Origin: an uncultured delta proteobacterium
GTDB lineage: Bacteria; Myxococcota_A; Polyangia; Fen-1088
Assembly: GCA_963767925.1 (NCBI GenBank)
Contig: CAVYGB010000008.1
Coordinates: 2,272,001-2,336,000, forward strand
Direction of reading: 5' to 3'
Length of the DNA: 64,000 nt
Shown: positions 1-12,846 of the stretch, one piece after another
Numbering within the stretch: the first letter of the stretch is position 1
Layout: each line of letters starts with the position of its first letter
Program-made: the position numbers and the translations under genes
The notes under the pieces: model-generated
The model's database searches: none
What the model was told of the DNA's origin: nothing
The model's input: only the letters and a program-made list of their open reading frames with translations

Positions 1-774
1 CCCCGGAACCTCGCGCTGGCCCGGAAGCTCATCACCGAGGCCGCTGCCGCGGGGGCCGGCCTGATAGGACTTCCCGAGAACTTCGCCTACCTGGGTAGCG
101 ACCGGGATCACCGCCTGAGCATCGCCGAGTCCCTCTCCGAGAACGAGGAGGGCCCTATCCTGAAGGAGATGCGGGTGGCCGCGCGGGAAAGCCGGGCCTG
201 GCTGCTGCTCGGGGGGTTTCCCGAAAAGCTCGCCGACGACCCGAAACGGATCGGCAACACGAGCGTCCTGCTGGATCCGGACGGTCAGATCCGGGCCCGT
301 TACCGGAAGATCCACCTCTTCGACGTCCAGATCCCCGGCGGGCAGCAGTTCCAGGAGTCGGACAGCATCGGGGCCGGCGACGCCCCGGTGGTGGCCGAGA
401 CCCCCTGGGGTGGGCTGGGGCTCACCATCTGCTACGACCTGCGCTTCCCCGAGCTCTACCGGGAGCTCAGCCGCCGGGGCGCCCGGTTGCTGGCCGTGCC
501 CTCCGCCTTCACCCGCGAGACCGGGAAGGACCACTGGCACGTCCTGCTGCGGGCCCGGGCCATCGAGAACCAGTCGTACCTGTTCGCCCCGGCCCAGTGG
601 GGCTTTCACGGGGGCAAACGCGCCAGCTATGGCCACGCCCTGGTTGTCGATCCCTGGGGCGTGGTCATCGCCGAGTGTGGCGAGCACGACGGCTACGCCC
701 TGGCCTCCATCGATCCGGACTACCAGGATCGGGTGCGCACCAACCTACCCTGCCTTACCCACCGCCGCCTCTGA
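1..774 (+). CDS. Carbon-nitrogen hydrolase (nitrilase superfamily, Nit1/deaminated-glutathione amidase type), 5' truncated by window edge
   Basis: Frame open from base 1 (..GLIGLPENFAY..). Catalytic triad motifs LPE, YRKIHLFD and ICYDLRFPE are present, plus ARAIENQ. Confidence 0.9.
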   Translation, partial: PRNLALARKLITEAAAAGAGLIGLPENFAYLGSDRDHRLSIAESLSENEEGPILKEMRVAARESRAWLLLGGFPEKLADDPKRIGNTSVLLDPDGQIRARYRKIHLFDVQIPGGQQFQESDSIGAGDAPVVAETPWGGLGLTICYDLRFPELYRELSRRGARLLAVPSAFTRETGKDHWHVLLRARAIENQSYLFAPAQWGFHGGKRASYGHALVVDPWGVVIAECGEHDGYALASIDPDYQDRVRTNLPCLTHRRL

Positions 775-780
775 CCCCGG

Positions 781-1749
781 TCATTCGGGCGGGGGCGGCA
801 GGGGCGAAGACGGCGACGGCCGTGTCGGCTCCGGCGGCGCGGGGATCACCAGGGAGGCCAGCGCCGAGAGCACCAGCACGCTGGCCAGCACCCCCAGGGA
901 GACCGCCACCGGGATCTCGTACCAGCTCTTGATCAGGATCTTGACCCCGATAAAGGCCAGGATGAGGGCGACGCCGATCTTCAGGAAGCGCAGCTTGGCC
1001 ACCAGGCCCTCGACCAGGAAAAACAGGGAGCGCAGGCCCAGGATGGCGAAGATGTTCGACGTGAAGACGATGAACACGTCGGTGGTCACGCCGAAGATCG
1101 CCGGGATCGAGTCGACCGCAAACATGATGTCGCTCATCTCCACGACGAGGAGCACCACCAGCAGGGGGGTGGCCCAGAGGACCCCGTCGCGGCGGACCAA
1201 GAACTTCTGACCCTCGTAGTGCTCGGTCGTGCGCAAGACCCGACGGGCGAGGCGCAGGGCCAGGTTTTTCGTCGGGTCGACCTCGGCGTCCTTCTGCAAG
1301 ATGATCTTGACGGCGGTGTAGACCAGGAAGGCGCCCAGCAGGTACATCACCCAGTGGAAGCGCTGGATGATGACCGCGCCGACGGCGATGAAGACGCCCC
1401 GCGAGACCACCGCGCCGATGATCCCCCAGAACAGCACACGATGAAGGTGCTCCTTCGGAACCCGGAAGTAGCGGAACACCACCAGGAACACGAAGACGTT
1501 GTCGACCGACAGGGCGTATTCCAGCAGCCAGCCCTGCAGGAACTCCGCCGCCCGCACCGCACCCGAGCGGTAGTAGATGAAAGCGTTGAAGCCGAGCGCC
1601 AGGCTGGCCCAGACCGCCGTCCAGGCGGCCGCCTCTTTCATGCGGACGACGTGGGCTTCGCGGTGGAAGATGCCGAGGTCGATGGCCAGCGCCAGGACCA
1701 CGACCACCGCGAAGATGGCCCAGTAGATGGGAGAGCCGACCGAGCTCAT
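781..1749 (-). CDS. TerC/Alx family integral membrane protein
   Basis: Multiple TM segments; signatures EYALSVDNVFVF and DIMFAVDSIPAIF..TSNIFAILGLRSLFF. Confidence 0.92.
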   Translation of the reverse strand: MSSVGSPIYWAIFAVVVVLALAIDLGIFHREAHVVRMKEAAAWTAVWASLALGFNAFIYYRSGAVRAAEFLQGWLLEYALSVDNVFVFLVVFRYFRVPKEHLHRVLFWGIIGAVVSRGVFIAVGAVIIQRFHWVMYLLGAFLVYTAVKIILQKDAEVDPTKNLALRLARRVLRTTEHYEGQKFLVRRDGVLWATPLLVVLLVVEMSDIMFAVDSIPAIFGVTTDVFIVFTSNIFAILGLRSLFFLVEGLVAKLRFLKIGVALILAFIGVKILIKSWYEIPVAVSLGVLASVLVLSALASLVIPAPPEPTRPSPSSPLPPPPE

Positions 1750-1981
1750 GGCGTGGAGCCTCCTGCCGCCGGCGCGGGCGCTATCTGGACACGACGGACC
1801 GGGGGGGCCCCGCTGGCGTCGCTGGCCCCGGGAGCGGGGGCCGGGCCGACCAGCCCCTGCAGCCCCTGCATCGCCCGCTGCGAGTGGCGCTGGAGGTAGA
1901 TGACGACAATCAGCAGCGCCAGCAGCGAGACCGCCGCCAGGAGCTTGCCCTTGGGGAGAAGCTCGAAAACGCTCTTTTCAT
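1746..1981 (-). CDS. Small single-pass membrane protein (probable 1-nt indel near start)
   Basis: C-terminal part of ORF 1746..3134 after the RecJ portion: FELLPKGKLLAAVSLLALLIVVIYLQ... The ATG at 1981 joins this frame if one T is added to a T run. Its stop overlaps the terC start (ATGA). Confidence 0.45.
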
Positions 1982-2020
1982 TGAACCGGTCTGGGTGTCG
2001 GTCTGGAGGTGCTCGCACGT

Positions 2021-3723
2021 TCAAGATCCTGATCGAAAGATCTGCCTGAGGCGCAACCGCGCGCGACGAAAACCACGAAAGGCGTCCACTTCGGGACTGG
2101 CCAGGATGTCGACAACCGTCCCGTCGCCGGGCGCCTGGGCGGCCATCCCGAAGCCGATGGCGTCGGCCACCGTCGTCCCCTGGGCGAGCACGATCTGCAG
2201 GTGCCCTTGCCCGACCTTCCGGGACGACCGGACCTGGAGACCGGGAACCGCCACAACCGGCTCCTGGTTCGAGCTGCCGAAGGGGGCGAGGCGCCCCAGC
2301 TCCTCGGCCTGCCCCAGATCCAGCGCGCCCAGGTCGGCGGTCGCGTCGGCGACGGCCTCCAGCTCGGGGGCGGCGGCCCGGGAATGGGCCAGGGCCTCGG
2401 CCACGAAGGCCTCCCGGAACGCGCCCAGGGACTCCATCTTGACCGTCATGCCGGCCGCTGCAGCGTGCCCACCGAACACCACCAGGTGGTCCTGGCACGC
2501 GGTCAGGGCGGCGTGCAAGTTGAATGCCCCCCACGGTCCGGGCGGACCCCCGCCCCACCCCATCCTTGAAGCCGATCACGACCGCCGGACGGCGGAACCG
2601 GTCGACCAGCTTGGCCGCCACGATGCCGACCACCCCGGGGTGCCAACCCTCGGCCCCCACCACGATGGCCGCCGCGTCGGCCTGCCCCTCCGCCTCGGCA
2701 CAGGCGGCGTTCCAGACCTCCTCTTGCACCCGCTGCCGCTCCCGGTTGACCTCGTCGATCTCGAGGGCCTGGCGGTGGGCCTGCTCGTCGTCCTCGCTGA
2801 GCAGCAGGTCCAGCGCCCGCTGGGCCTGGCCCAGGCGGCCGGGAGCATTCAGGCGGGGTGTGAGACGAAAACAGACCGTGTTGGCGTCGATGGGCGTATT
2901 CGGGTCGAGCTCGGCGATCCCGCCCAGCGCGCGCAGACCGGGACGGCGCCGCGCCCCCAGCTCGCGCAACCCCGCGGTGACGAGGATGCGGTTCTCCTCG
3001 ACCAGCGGCACCAGGTCGGCGAGCGTCCCGAGGGCCACGAGATCGAGGAGCTGGCGCGGGTCGAAGGTCGACGCGGCGGGGTGATTTCCCGCGCGCAGCC
3101 GCGAGCGCAAGGTGGCGGTCAGGTAAAACGCCACCCCACAGGAGGCCAGCCCCTTGAAGCTGAAGTGATCGTCAGGGCGATGGGGGTTGATGAGGGCGAA
3201 GGCCGCCGAGGGGCCGCTCGGGCACCTGGTGGTGGTCGATGACCACCACGTCGACGCCCCGGGCGCGGCTGGCGGCCAGGGCCTCGTGGTCGCTGGTCCC
3301 GCAGTCGGCGGTCAGGACCAGCGTGCAGCCCTCGTCGGCGAACCGGCTGGCCTCGGCCGGGGAGAAGCCATAGCCCGAGAAGCGATCCGCCACCCGGGCC
3401 ACCACGTTGCCGCCCAGCGCCCGCAGGGCCAGCGTCAAGATCGCCGCGCTCGTCACGCCGTCGACGTCGTAGTCGCCGAAGATACCGATCCGCTCGCCGC
3501 GCTGCACGGCGGAGACCAGCCGCTCCACCGCCCGGTCCAGGTCGGCGATGCCCTCGGGCGTGCGCAGGTCTCCCAGCCTCGGGGTGAGGAACCGGGTGGC
3601 GGCCTCGCTGTGCTCGACCCCCCGCCGGAACAGGACCCTCGCCGTGAGGTCCCGCAGCCGGAGCGAGGTCGCGAGGGCCGCGACCCGCCCTTCATCGACC
3701 GGGGGAACGCGCCACCGTGCCAC
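2021..3723 (-). CDS. recJ: Single-stranded-DNA-specific exonuclease RecJ (split by frameshifts)
   Basis: DHH-family motifs GDYDVDG, DCG, IDHH, GTLADLVPL, PRLNAPGRL, GRGSAR and FGGHAAAAG are spread over ORFs 3172..3723, 1746..3134 and 2021..2563. Confidence 0.92.
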
Positions 3724-3744
3724 GGGCTGGTTCCCCGGTGGCCT

Positions 3745-5037
3745 CTAGCTGTCGCTATCTTGGTTTTCGTCCTGCTTGCGCCGGACCGGACGACGGCCCT
3801 GCCGCTCGGGGCGGTGGGTCTGCTGCTTCTTCTGGGAGGCGACGTATTTCTCGTTCAGCCAGATCAGCACCGGAATGGAGACGAAGATCGAGGAGTAGGT
3901 CCCCACGACCACGCCGACGTTCATGGCGAAGGCGAAGTCCCGGATGACGCCGGTGCTGAAGATGTTCATCGCCAGCGTCACGAGGAACGACGGTGCAGCC
4001 GGTCAGGATCGTGCGGGTCAAGGTCTCGTTGATCGACTCGTTGACCATGCGCGTCGAACTTGCGATCCCGGTGTTTTGCCGGCGTTCTCCCGGATGCGGT
4101 CGAACACCACGATCGTGTCGTTCATCGAGTAACCCGATGATGGTCAACAGGGCGGCCAGCGTGGTGAGCGAGAACTCCATGTAGGTGACGGCGAAGGCCC
4201 CCACCGTGAGCAAGGCGTCGTGCAGCAGGGCCACCACCGTGCCGGGGCCGTAGCGCAAGTCGAAGCGGAAGGCGATGTAGATGACGATGAGCAGGATCGC
4301 CCCCAGCACCGCCTTGATGCCGTCGTTGCGGAGCTGGGTCCCGGCCTTGGCGCCGACCGAGGAGACGGCCTGGATGATCACGCTCCCGGCGCCCAGCTTG
4401 GCCTCGAGATCCTCCTTGAGCTCGGTGTCGAGGCTGAGCAGGCGTCACCTCGTAGCTGTGGTCTTCGACTCCGCCCGAACTGCTGCACCGGCGCGGGGAC
4501 GACCCCCACTTCCTTGAGGGCATCGGTGAGGGTGGCGACAGCCGCCTCGGGAGCGCCCACCGCCTTGTCGAAGCGCAGGTACACCTTGTCCCCGCCCTCG
4601 GAGTGCTCGAGCCGCACCAGGGTGGCATCGCCGATCTTCTTGGCGCGCAGGGCCGCCTCGGCCTTGGCCCGCTGATCGTCGGTGAGAGGCGTGACCGCTC
4701 CCATCCGGATCATGTAGTCGTTGGCATCTTGACCGGGGGCGCTGTAGTACCGGAACACGTCGGCCCCGTGGTACCCGGCGCTCTCGAGGGCCTCCCGGAT
4801 CTGGGTCGGCTTCGACGTTCTTGCCGAAGCGGGCGATGATCTCCGATCCCCCCGCGAACTCGACGCCGAAGTTGAGCGCCTTGCCCGCGGCCGGGGATGA
4901 CGTAGGCGTTGAGCACCATCATGACCACCGTGAAGATGGACAGGGCGATGGAGATGCCGACCGCCAGCTTGCGCTTGCCCCAGAAATCGATATTCGTTCC
5001 GGGCTTGATGAACTCGATGAACCTGCTGAGTGGCCAT
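3745..5037 (-). CDS. secF: Protein translocase subunit SecF (several frameshifts)
   Basis: IAFRFD, ALLHD, LAALLTIIG, VNESINETLTRTILT, GVVVGTYSSIFV; directly downstream of secD. Confidence 0.92.
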
Positions 5038-5046
5038 CACGCGCTC

Positions 5047-6841
5047 CTAGATCGACAGGGTAGCGGGCGCGGCGCCCCGGCGGCTGACCATGAGGTCGAA
5101 CATCCAGCGGGACATCCACACGGAGGTGAAGAGGTTTGAGATGATGCCAATCAGCAGGGTCACAGCGAAACCACGGATGGGGCCGGAGCCATAGGAATAC
5201 AGCACGACGCCTGCCACGAGGTTGGTCACGTGGGCGTCGAACACCGTCCAGAAGGCGCGGTTGAACCCGGCGTCGACGGCGCTGCGGGGGGATTTGCCCA
5301 GGCGCAGCTCCTCCCGGATGCGCTCGTAGATGACGATGTTGGCGTCCATCGCCATGCCGATCGTGAGCACCAGGCCGGCGATGCCCGGGCAGGGTCAGGG
5401 CCGCCTCGAACGCGGCCAGGATCGCCACCAGGTACACCATGTTGAGGCCCATGGCGATGATCGCGATGAGCCCGGCGCAGCCTGTAGTAGATCAGCATGA
5501 AGAGCACGACCCCGATGCCACCCAGGGTCATGGCGAAGCTGGCCTTGGAGACGGCGTCGTCGCCCAGGGTCTTGCCCACCTTCGTCTCGTGGGTCTTCTG
5601 CAAGGGCGCCGGCAGCGACCCCGAGCGGAGCACCGCCACCAGATCCTTGGCCTCGTTCTGCAGCTGCCAGCGGATCCATCCCCGCACCAAGCGTGATGCG
5701 GCCGCGATCGTTGATCTGCGACTGGATGACCGGCGCGCTCATGACCTTCTCGTCGAGCACGATGGCCATGCGCCGGCCGACGTTCTCGCCGGTCAGCTTG
5801 CCCATCAGGTCACCGCCGCGGCGGTGCATGGTGAAGAGGACCTCGGGGGTTCCCATCTCGGAGAACCCGACCTCGGCGTTGGCCAGGTAGTCCCCGGTGA
5901 CCCCGGCCCGGCGGTGGAGCAGGTAGGTCCGCCAGGTGGCCGGCACCCGGTTGGTGCTGCCGACGCTGCCGGCCGACTCGATCGCCTCGTAGCCGAACTC
6001 GCGGTCGTTGGGGACGGCGAACTCACCTTTGAGGCCAGCGACGAACTGCTCGAGGACGGCCCGCTCCTTGGCCACCAGGTAGATGACCTCCCGCGGGGCG
6101 CCCGTCTTCTCGTCGCGCCAGCTATCGGGCTCGACGGTGATCGGGCTGTCCTTCGGCAGCGTGGCGGCGATCTTGCGCGCGTACTCCGAGGCCTGGTCGT
6201 CGACGATCTTGAACTGGAGCTGAGCGGTGCGGCCGACTGACCGACTTGATGCGCTCGAAGTCCCGCTCCTCGAGGCCGGGCAGCTCGACGACGATGTCGG
6301 TGCCCTTCTTGATGATGGTCGGCTCGGACACGCCGAACTTGTCGACCCGGTCCCGGATGCGCTCGATGCCGATGGTGAGGGCGTTCTCCTCCAGCTCGAC
6401 CACCTGGCTGGGATCGAGCCGGTAGCGGAGCAGCCCCTTGGCCCGATCCGACCCGACCTCGTCCAGCGCGTCGCGGTATTCGGCGAGGACCTCGTTGTCC
6501 AGCTTGCCGACGTCGGCCGGGTTCTTGAACTGGAAGGTAATCTCGTCGCGACCCTCACGGCCGACGGAGAACTCTCGGGTCTTCTTGTGGAGGTTGTCCT
6601 CGAGCGCCGTGGCGATCTGATCGACCCGGTTGGCCACCGCCTTCTCGACGTTGACCGCGTAGACCAGGCGCAGACCGCCGGCCAGATCCAGCCCTTGCTG
6701 GATCCGCTTTTCGAATCCGAGCTTGCGAATGATCGCGGGCCGCTTCTCGGGGTCCGGTATCAGGGTCGGAACCAGATACAGGCATGCGAGCACCGTGACG
6801 ACTCCGTAGAGAGCCGCCTTCCACCACCAGGATCGCTCCAT
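5047..6841 (-). CDS. secD: Protein translocase subunit SecD (several frameshifts)
   Basis: GLDLAGG, IRDRVDKFGVSEP, IVVELPG, AIVLD..SAPVIQ, LRSGSLPAP, IGMAMDANIVIYERIREE, GPIRGFA. Confidence 0.94.
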
Positions 6842-6858
6842 GCTGCCTCCCTGAAAAC

Positions 6859-7224
6859 CTAGGAGGAGGCGGGGGCTTTGGCGTCGGCTTTTGCCGCTTC
6901 GCCAGTGGGGCGCTGCAGACCGCTTACCGCGCTCCGCAAGATGCGCAACCGAACCCCCTCCTGCACCTGCAAGGTGACCTCGTCGTCCTTGATGCCGCTG
7001 ATCCGGCCGAGCACGCCACCGGTGGTGACGACCTCGTCCCCCTTCTTGAGCTGCCCCAGCATGTGCTGGTGAAGCTTGGCCTTCTTGGCCTGGGGCCGGA
7101 GGATCAGCAGGTAAAAGACCCCGAAGATGAGCAGCAGCGGGACGAAATTCATCAGCCCGCTTCCCGGACCTGCGGCGGGAGTGGCTGGCGCGGATTGCAA
7201 CAGGGTTATAAACACGGCGTTCAC
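6859..7224 (-). CDS. yajC: Preprotein translocase subunit YajC
   Basis: FYLLILRPQ..LKKGDEVVTTGGVLGRI; upstream of secD. Confidence 0.95.
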   Translation of the reverse strand: MNAVFITLLQSAPATPAAGPGSGLMNFVPLLLIFGVFYLLILRPQAKKAKLHQHMLGQLKKGDEVVTTGGVLGRISGIKDDEVTLQVQEGVRLRILRSAVSGLQRPTGEAAKADAKAPASS

Positions 7225-7305
7225 GGGCGGAAACGCATAGCAGAGGGGCTATCCCGCGTCAAGGATGCCGCGGAGGTTTGAGGCCCTGGCGGCGCAGGAT
7301 CGGCC

Positions 7306-8280
7306 CTAGATGTCCTCGTCCGGGAAGGCCAGCACCTCCCGGATGTCGGGCAGGCCCAGGACGAACATCAGCAGGCGGTCGAAGCCGAGGGCGACGCCGC
7401 TGGTGGGCGGCATGTGGGCCAGCGCCGACAGCAGCTTCTCGTCGATCGGGTAGACCGTCCGCCCGCGCTGGCGGCGCGTCTCGCTCTCCTCGACGAACCG
7501 GGCGCGTTGCTCGACCGGGTCGGTGAGCTCCCCGAAGGCGTTGGCCAGCTCGAGGCCGCCCGCGTAGAGCTCGAAGCGCTCGGCCAGGCGGGGGTCCTCG
7601 GGCTTGCGGCGGGCCAGCGCGGCCAGCGGCGCCGGCCAGTCGAACACGAAGGTGGGCCGGCCGCCGGCCAGCGCCGGCTCGATCCGGTCGAGGAAGACCT
7701 GGAAGAAGACGTCGTCCCAGGCGGTCGCCGAGCCCAGGCTCACCCCCGCGGCGCTGGCCTTGGCAGCGAGCGCCGCCGCCGGCTCGTCTCCCTGCAGCTC
7801 GATGCCGGCGAGCTGCGCAAACAGCGCTCGCACCGTGGTCCGCTCGAAGGGCTCCTCCCGCGGGTGGCCCACCGCCGCCGCCACCGCCCGTACCAGCGCC
7901 TCGCAGTCGGCCGCGATGGCCGCCAGGGGCTCGCCGGCCCGGTACCACTCGACGATGGTGAACTCGGGCTGGTGGTGGGGCCCCCGCTCCCCGGCCCGGA
8001 AGGCCCGCGTCACCTGGTAGATCCGCCCGGCCCCCGCCGCCACCAGGCGCTTCATGTGGTACTCGGGCGAGGTGATCAGGAATCGCCCCTCCTCGGCGGC
8101 GATCGCCTCGAGGTGGACCTCCTGGCCGGGCGAGAACACGCGCAGGGGCGTCTCCACCTCGACGAAATCCTGCTCGTCGAAGTAGGCCCGCAAGGCCCGC
8201 AGGGCGCGGCTACGCCGCTGCAGCACCGGCAGGCGGGCGGCCAGCCGGGCGCGCTCCTCGGGTGGGCTGCGTTCGCTCAG
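7306..8280 (-). CDS. epmA: EF-P lysine aminoacylase EpmA (GenX/PoxA); start approximate
   Basis: Class II aaRS catalytic core without anticodon domain: FVEVETP, LITSPEYHMKRL, FRAGE..HQPEFTIVEWY, ERFELY..ELANAFGELTDP, GVALGFDRL. Adjacent to efp. Confidence 0.93.
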   Translation of the reverse strand: MSERSPPEERARLAARLPVLQRRSRALRALRAYFDEQDFVEVETPLRVFSPGQEVHLEAIAAEEGRFLITSPEYHMKRLVAAGAGRIYQVTRAFRAGERGPHHQPEFTIVEWYRAGEPLAAIAADCEALVRAVAAAVGHPREEPFERTTVRALFAQLAGIELQGDEPAAALAAKASAAGVSLGSATAWDDVFFQVFLDRIEPALAGGRPTFVFDWPAPLAALARRKPEDPRLAERFELYAGGLELANAFGELTDPVEQRARFVEESETRRQRGRTVYPIDEKLLSALAHMPPTSGVALGFDRLLMFVLGLPDIREVLAFPDEDI

Positions 8281-8287
8281 AGGGCGC

Positions 8288-8862
8288 TCAGGCGCGGCCC
8301 ACCCGCTCGAGGTACTGGCCGGTGCGGGTGTCGATCTTGATGGTGTCGCCGACGTTGATGAAGAGCGGCACGTTGACGCTGGCGCCGGTGCTGATGCGGG
8401 CGGGCTTGGTGGTGCCGGTGGCGGTGTCGCCCCGGAAGCCGGGATCGGTGTCGACGATCTTCTGCTCGATGAAGTTCGGCAGGGTGATGCCGACCGCCCG
8501 CCCCTCGAAGAACAGCACGTCGACCAGCACCTGCTCCGGCATGAACAGGGCGTCGTCGCCGACGGTGCTGCCGGGGATCGACACCTGGTCATAGGTGCCG
8601 GTGTCCATGAAGACGTGGGAGTCGGCGTCCTTGTAGAGGTACTGCATCTCCTTGACCTCGACGTCGGCCGACTCCATCCGCTCGCCCGAGCGGATGTTGC
8701 GCTCCACGACGTTGCCGCGTGAGGAGGTTCTTGAACTTGGTGCGGGTGAAGGCGGCGCCCTTGCCCGGCTTGACGAACTGGAACTCCACGACCACCCAGG
8801 GAGAGCCGTCCATCATGATTTTGAGACCCTTGCGGATGTTCTGACGCGTCGTAGGTGGCCAT
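8288..8862 (-). CDS. efp: Elongation factor P (frameshifted)
   Basis: [52 protein letters not shown] at 8862. Confidence 0.95.
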
Positions 8863-8932
8863 GGAAGGGCGGGATTTTATCCGGCGCTCCGCCGCGGTCA
8901 ATAGCGCCGGGGACTCGAGGCCTGCCGAACGG

Positions 8933-11113
8933 TCACTTACGGAGGTGGATGCAGGCGCTGCTGCGTCCCTTGAGCGCGGCCGCGACGCGGGAGTCGCTGG
9001 CCACCGAGGCGGGGCGGTGCCGGCGATCGATGGTCAGGAGCAGGCGGGCCGCCTCGCAGGCGTCGCCGTGCCCCTTGAGCGCCCGGGCCAGGCGGCGGGC
9101 CGCCGTGCGCCGGTCGCCCGCGGCGAGGGCATTGCGGCCCAGGGCGTAAGCGGCCACCGGGCTGCCCTTGCTGGCCCGCCGCTCGAGGTCGGCCTTCCAT
9201 CGCGAGGAGAGCCGCCCTTCCAGGGCCAGGGCGGAGAAGCTCTTGAGGTCGGGGTCGTAGTCCACCGCGGCGGGGCCGAGCCGTCCCAGGGTCGCCGCCA
9301 GCGCTCCCGGACCGCCCTGGGCGAAGGACATGCGGGCGGCCACCAGCCGGGCCTCGGGACCGGGCGGGGTCGACAGCGCGGCCGAGCTGACCTTTTCACC
9401 CCGTCCCAGCGCGATGGCTGCCTCGGCCCAGACCCGGGAAGCGAAGCTGCTGCCGACGTGGTCGCGCACCTTGGCGAGGACCTCGCTGGCGGCGTCGATC
9501 TCCCCGAGCGAGGCGAGGATGAGCGCAGCCTGGGCAGTACCGCGCACGGCGTGCAGCCCCATGACCCCCGAGGCGGCTGCCGCCCGCGCGCTCCGCACGG
9601 CGCCCGGGCGGTCCCCCTCCAGCCGCCCCACCGCGGCGGCCTCCAGCGCGCACGCGGCGCGCAGGGGCGCGTGCGCCCCACCCTGCTCGCGGCAGGCGGT
9701 CCGGGTCGGCGTGCTGTCGACCGGGCGGGAGGCCGCCCGCCCGGCCTCGCCGAGGAGCAGGCGGGCCCGCAGGTCCCCGGGGCGGCTGGCGAGCTGCTTG
9801 TCGAGCTCGGCCGCCGAGGCGGCCGCCTCCCCCGAGTCGATGAGCACGGCGGCGTGGTCGAGCGCGGCGGCGACGAAGGTCGGCGCCGAATCGAGGGCCC
9901 GCTCGAGATCGACGCGGGCTGCGCCCAGCTCGCCCCCCAGGACCTTGACCCGCCCTCCCGCATAGCGGCCCTCGGGACCGGCCGAGCCGGCGGCCAGGGC
10001 GCGCTCGGCGGCGGCGCGGGCCTCGCCCATCCGCCCCTGGGCGGCGGCGGTGATCGCCCGGGCCGCCTCGAAGGTGGCGGTCCGGGTCGGCGTCGGCGGG
10101 CGGACCTTCTCGGCCAGGTCGGCCGCTTGCAGCGCCTCGGTGGCGGCGGAAACGCCCCAGTCAGCGGCCAGCAGGGCGTCGGCCAGGGCGACGATGGCCG
10201 ACAGGTCTCCGTCGCCCGAGATCTCCAGCCCGGCCTCTTTTCCCACCGCCCGCACCTTCTGCAAGCTCTCCGCGCTGCTCTCCAGGATCTGCAGGCGCAG
10301 GGGTTCCGGGTCGACGTTGCGCCGCCGGGTCGAGCTCGGAGCGGGCGGCGAGGAGGACACCTCCGCCACCGGCGGCTCGATCGAGGGCCGCTCGCGCAGG
10401 ACCGCCACCACCAGAGCCACCGCCAGCGTCACGGCGCCGGCCAGGGCCAGGATCCGCACCCAGGACGACTTGAGGCTCTCCGGCTGGTCGATGGGCAGCG
10501 ACTGGACAGCGGGGGTCGGCTCGGCGGCGGGGTCGAAGCGGTTCAGGGGCTCGACAACCGGGGTCCGATCGTCGTCGACCGACCTGCCCGCGCCGTTGAT
10601 GGCCGGTGGGTCCTCGTGCATGCGCTCGGCCAGCCCGCGGGCGTCCTTGACCTGGGTGTGCTCGAAGTCCGAGGAGGGCCGGGGCACCCGCATGAGCGGT
10701 TTTCCGCCAGCCTGCACCAGGAGGTCGGCCACCTTGGTGTCGGCGGGCAGCAGCTCCTCGGCGTATTCGAGCAGCGTCCGGGCCCGCTCCCGCTCGCCCT
10801 CCTGGAGCGCCAGGTCGCCCAGCCAGCGAAACGCGTCACCGTGGTCGGGGTTGGCCTTGGCGGCGCCGATGAGCACCTCCCTGGCCTCGGCCCAGTGGCC
10901 GCGTCCGATCAGGGCGCGGCCGAGGGCCACCTGAGCGGTGACCAGCCGGGGATGGACCAGCAGGCCCTGCCGGCACACCTCCTCCGCCTCGTCGTCGCGG
11001 CCCCGCTCGCACAGGGCATGGGCCAGCGCCACGAACGCGGTGGAGCGTGGGTTCGACCGGGCCACGTTCCGCAAGCGGTCCAGGCCCTCGTCGGTGTCGG
11101 GGTCGGTAGACAC
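8933..11113 (-). CDS. TPR-repeat single-pass membrane protein
   Basis: N-terminal TPRs (NPRSTAFVALAHAL..), central TM (ILALAGAVTLAVALVVAVL), Ala-rich helical repeats after it. Confidence 0.7.
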   Translation of the reverse strand: MSTDPDTDEGLDRLRNVARSNPRSTAFVALAHALCERGRDDEAEEVCRQGLLVHPRLVTAQVALGRALIGRGHWAEAREVLIGAAKANPDHGDAFRWLGDLALQEGERERARTLLEYAEELLPADTKVADLLVQAGGKPLMRVPRPSSDFEHTQVKDARGLAERMHEDPPAINGAGRSVDDDRTPVVEPLNRFDPAAEPTPAVQSLPIDQPESLKSSWVRILALAGAVTLAVALVVAVLRERPSIEPPVAEVSSSPPAPSSTRRRNVDPEPLRLQILESSAESLQKVRAVGKEAGLEISGDGDLSAIVALADALLAADWGVSAATEALQAADLAEKVRPPTPTRTATFEAARAITAAAQGRMGEARAAAERALAAGSAGPEGRYAGGRVKVLGGELGAARVDLERALDSAPTFVAAALDHAAVLIDSGEAAASAAELDKQLASRPGDLRARLLLGEAGRAASRPVDSTPTRTACREQGGAHAPLRAACALEAAAVGRLEGDRPGAVRSARAAAASGVMGLHAVRGTAQAALILASLGEIDAASEVLAKVRDHVGSSFASRVWAEAAIALGRGEKVSSAALSTPPGPEARLVAARMSFAQGGPGALAATLGRLGPAAVDYDPDLKSFSALALEGRLSSRWKADLERRASKGSPVAAYALGRNALAAGDRRTAARRLARALKGHGDACEAARLLLTIDRRHRPASVASDSRVAAALKGRSSACIHLRK

Positions 11114-11178
11114 CTCGGTCGGATATTACCCGTTTTCGACCGTCTGTCTCCTACCAGCCGAGCGCCCTGCCGCCAGCG

Positions 11179-12412
<1,234 letters not shown>

Positions 12413-12498
12413 GAGCGGCGCCCTTATTACTTGAGCGCGCCTGCCGACGTCAATTCACAGCTACGATACGGCGCCCCGGGACGTTAGGCTGCGCGCCC

Positions 12499-12846
12499 AT
12501 GAACGACGCCCCGCCCTCCCCCGATGACGTCCTGCTCGTGCTCGTCACGGTGCCCGACGCCGAGACCGGCGCCCGGATCGGCCGCGCGCTCGTCGAGGGA
12601 AGGCTGGCCGCATGCGTCAGCCTGCTCCCTGGCCTGCGCTCGATCTACCGCTGGGAAGGTGCGGTGCAGGACGAGCCCGAGGTCCTCTGCCTGATCAAGA
12701 CCCGGCGCGCGCTCTACGAGCCGCTGCGCGAGCGGATCGTGAGCCTCCACCCCTACCAGGTGCCCGAGATCATCGGCGTGGCGCCGGTCGCTGGGAACGC
12801 GCCTTATTTGCGCTGGATCTGGGACTCGACGGCGCCAGCACCCTGA
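12499..12846 (+). CDS. cutA: Divalent-cation tolerance protein CutA
   Basis: LVEGRLAACV, SIYRWEG, HPYQVPEII. Confidence 0.93.
   Translation: MNDAPPSPDDVLLVLVTVPDAETGARIGRALVEGRLAACVSLLPGLRSIYRWEGAVQDEPEVLCLIKTRRALYEPLRERIVSLHPYQVPEIIGVAPVAGNAPYLRWIWDSTAPAP

Noticed and set aside
1750..2020. yybP-ykoY Mn riboswitch upstream of the TerC gene
   Set aside because: The upstream region appears coding and overlaps the terC start; no riboswitch consensus seen.
7306..8901. Apparent 531-aa EF-P/EpmA fusion ORF
   Set aside because: Artefact of an indel near the efp start; efp has its own stop at 8288.
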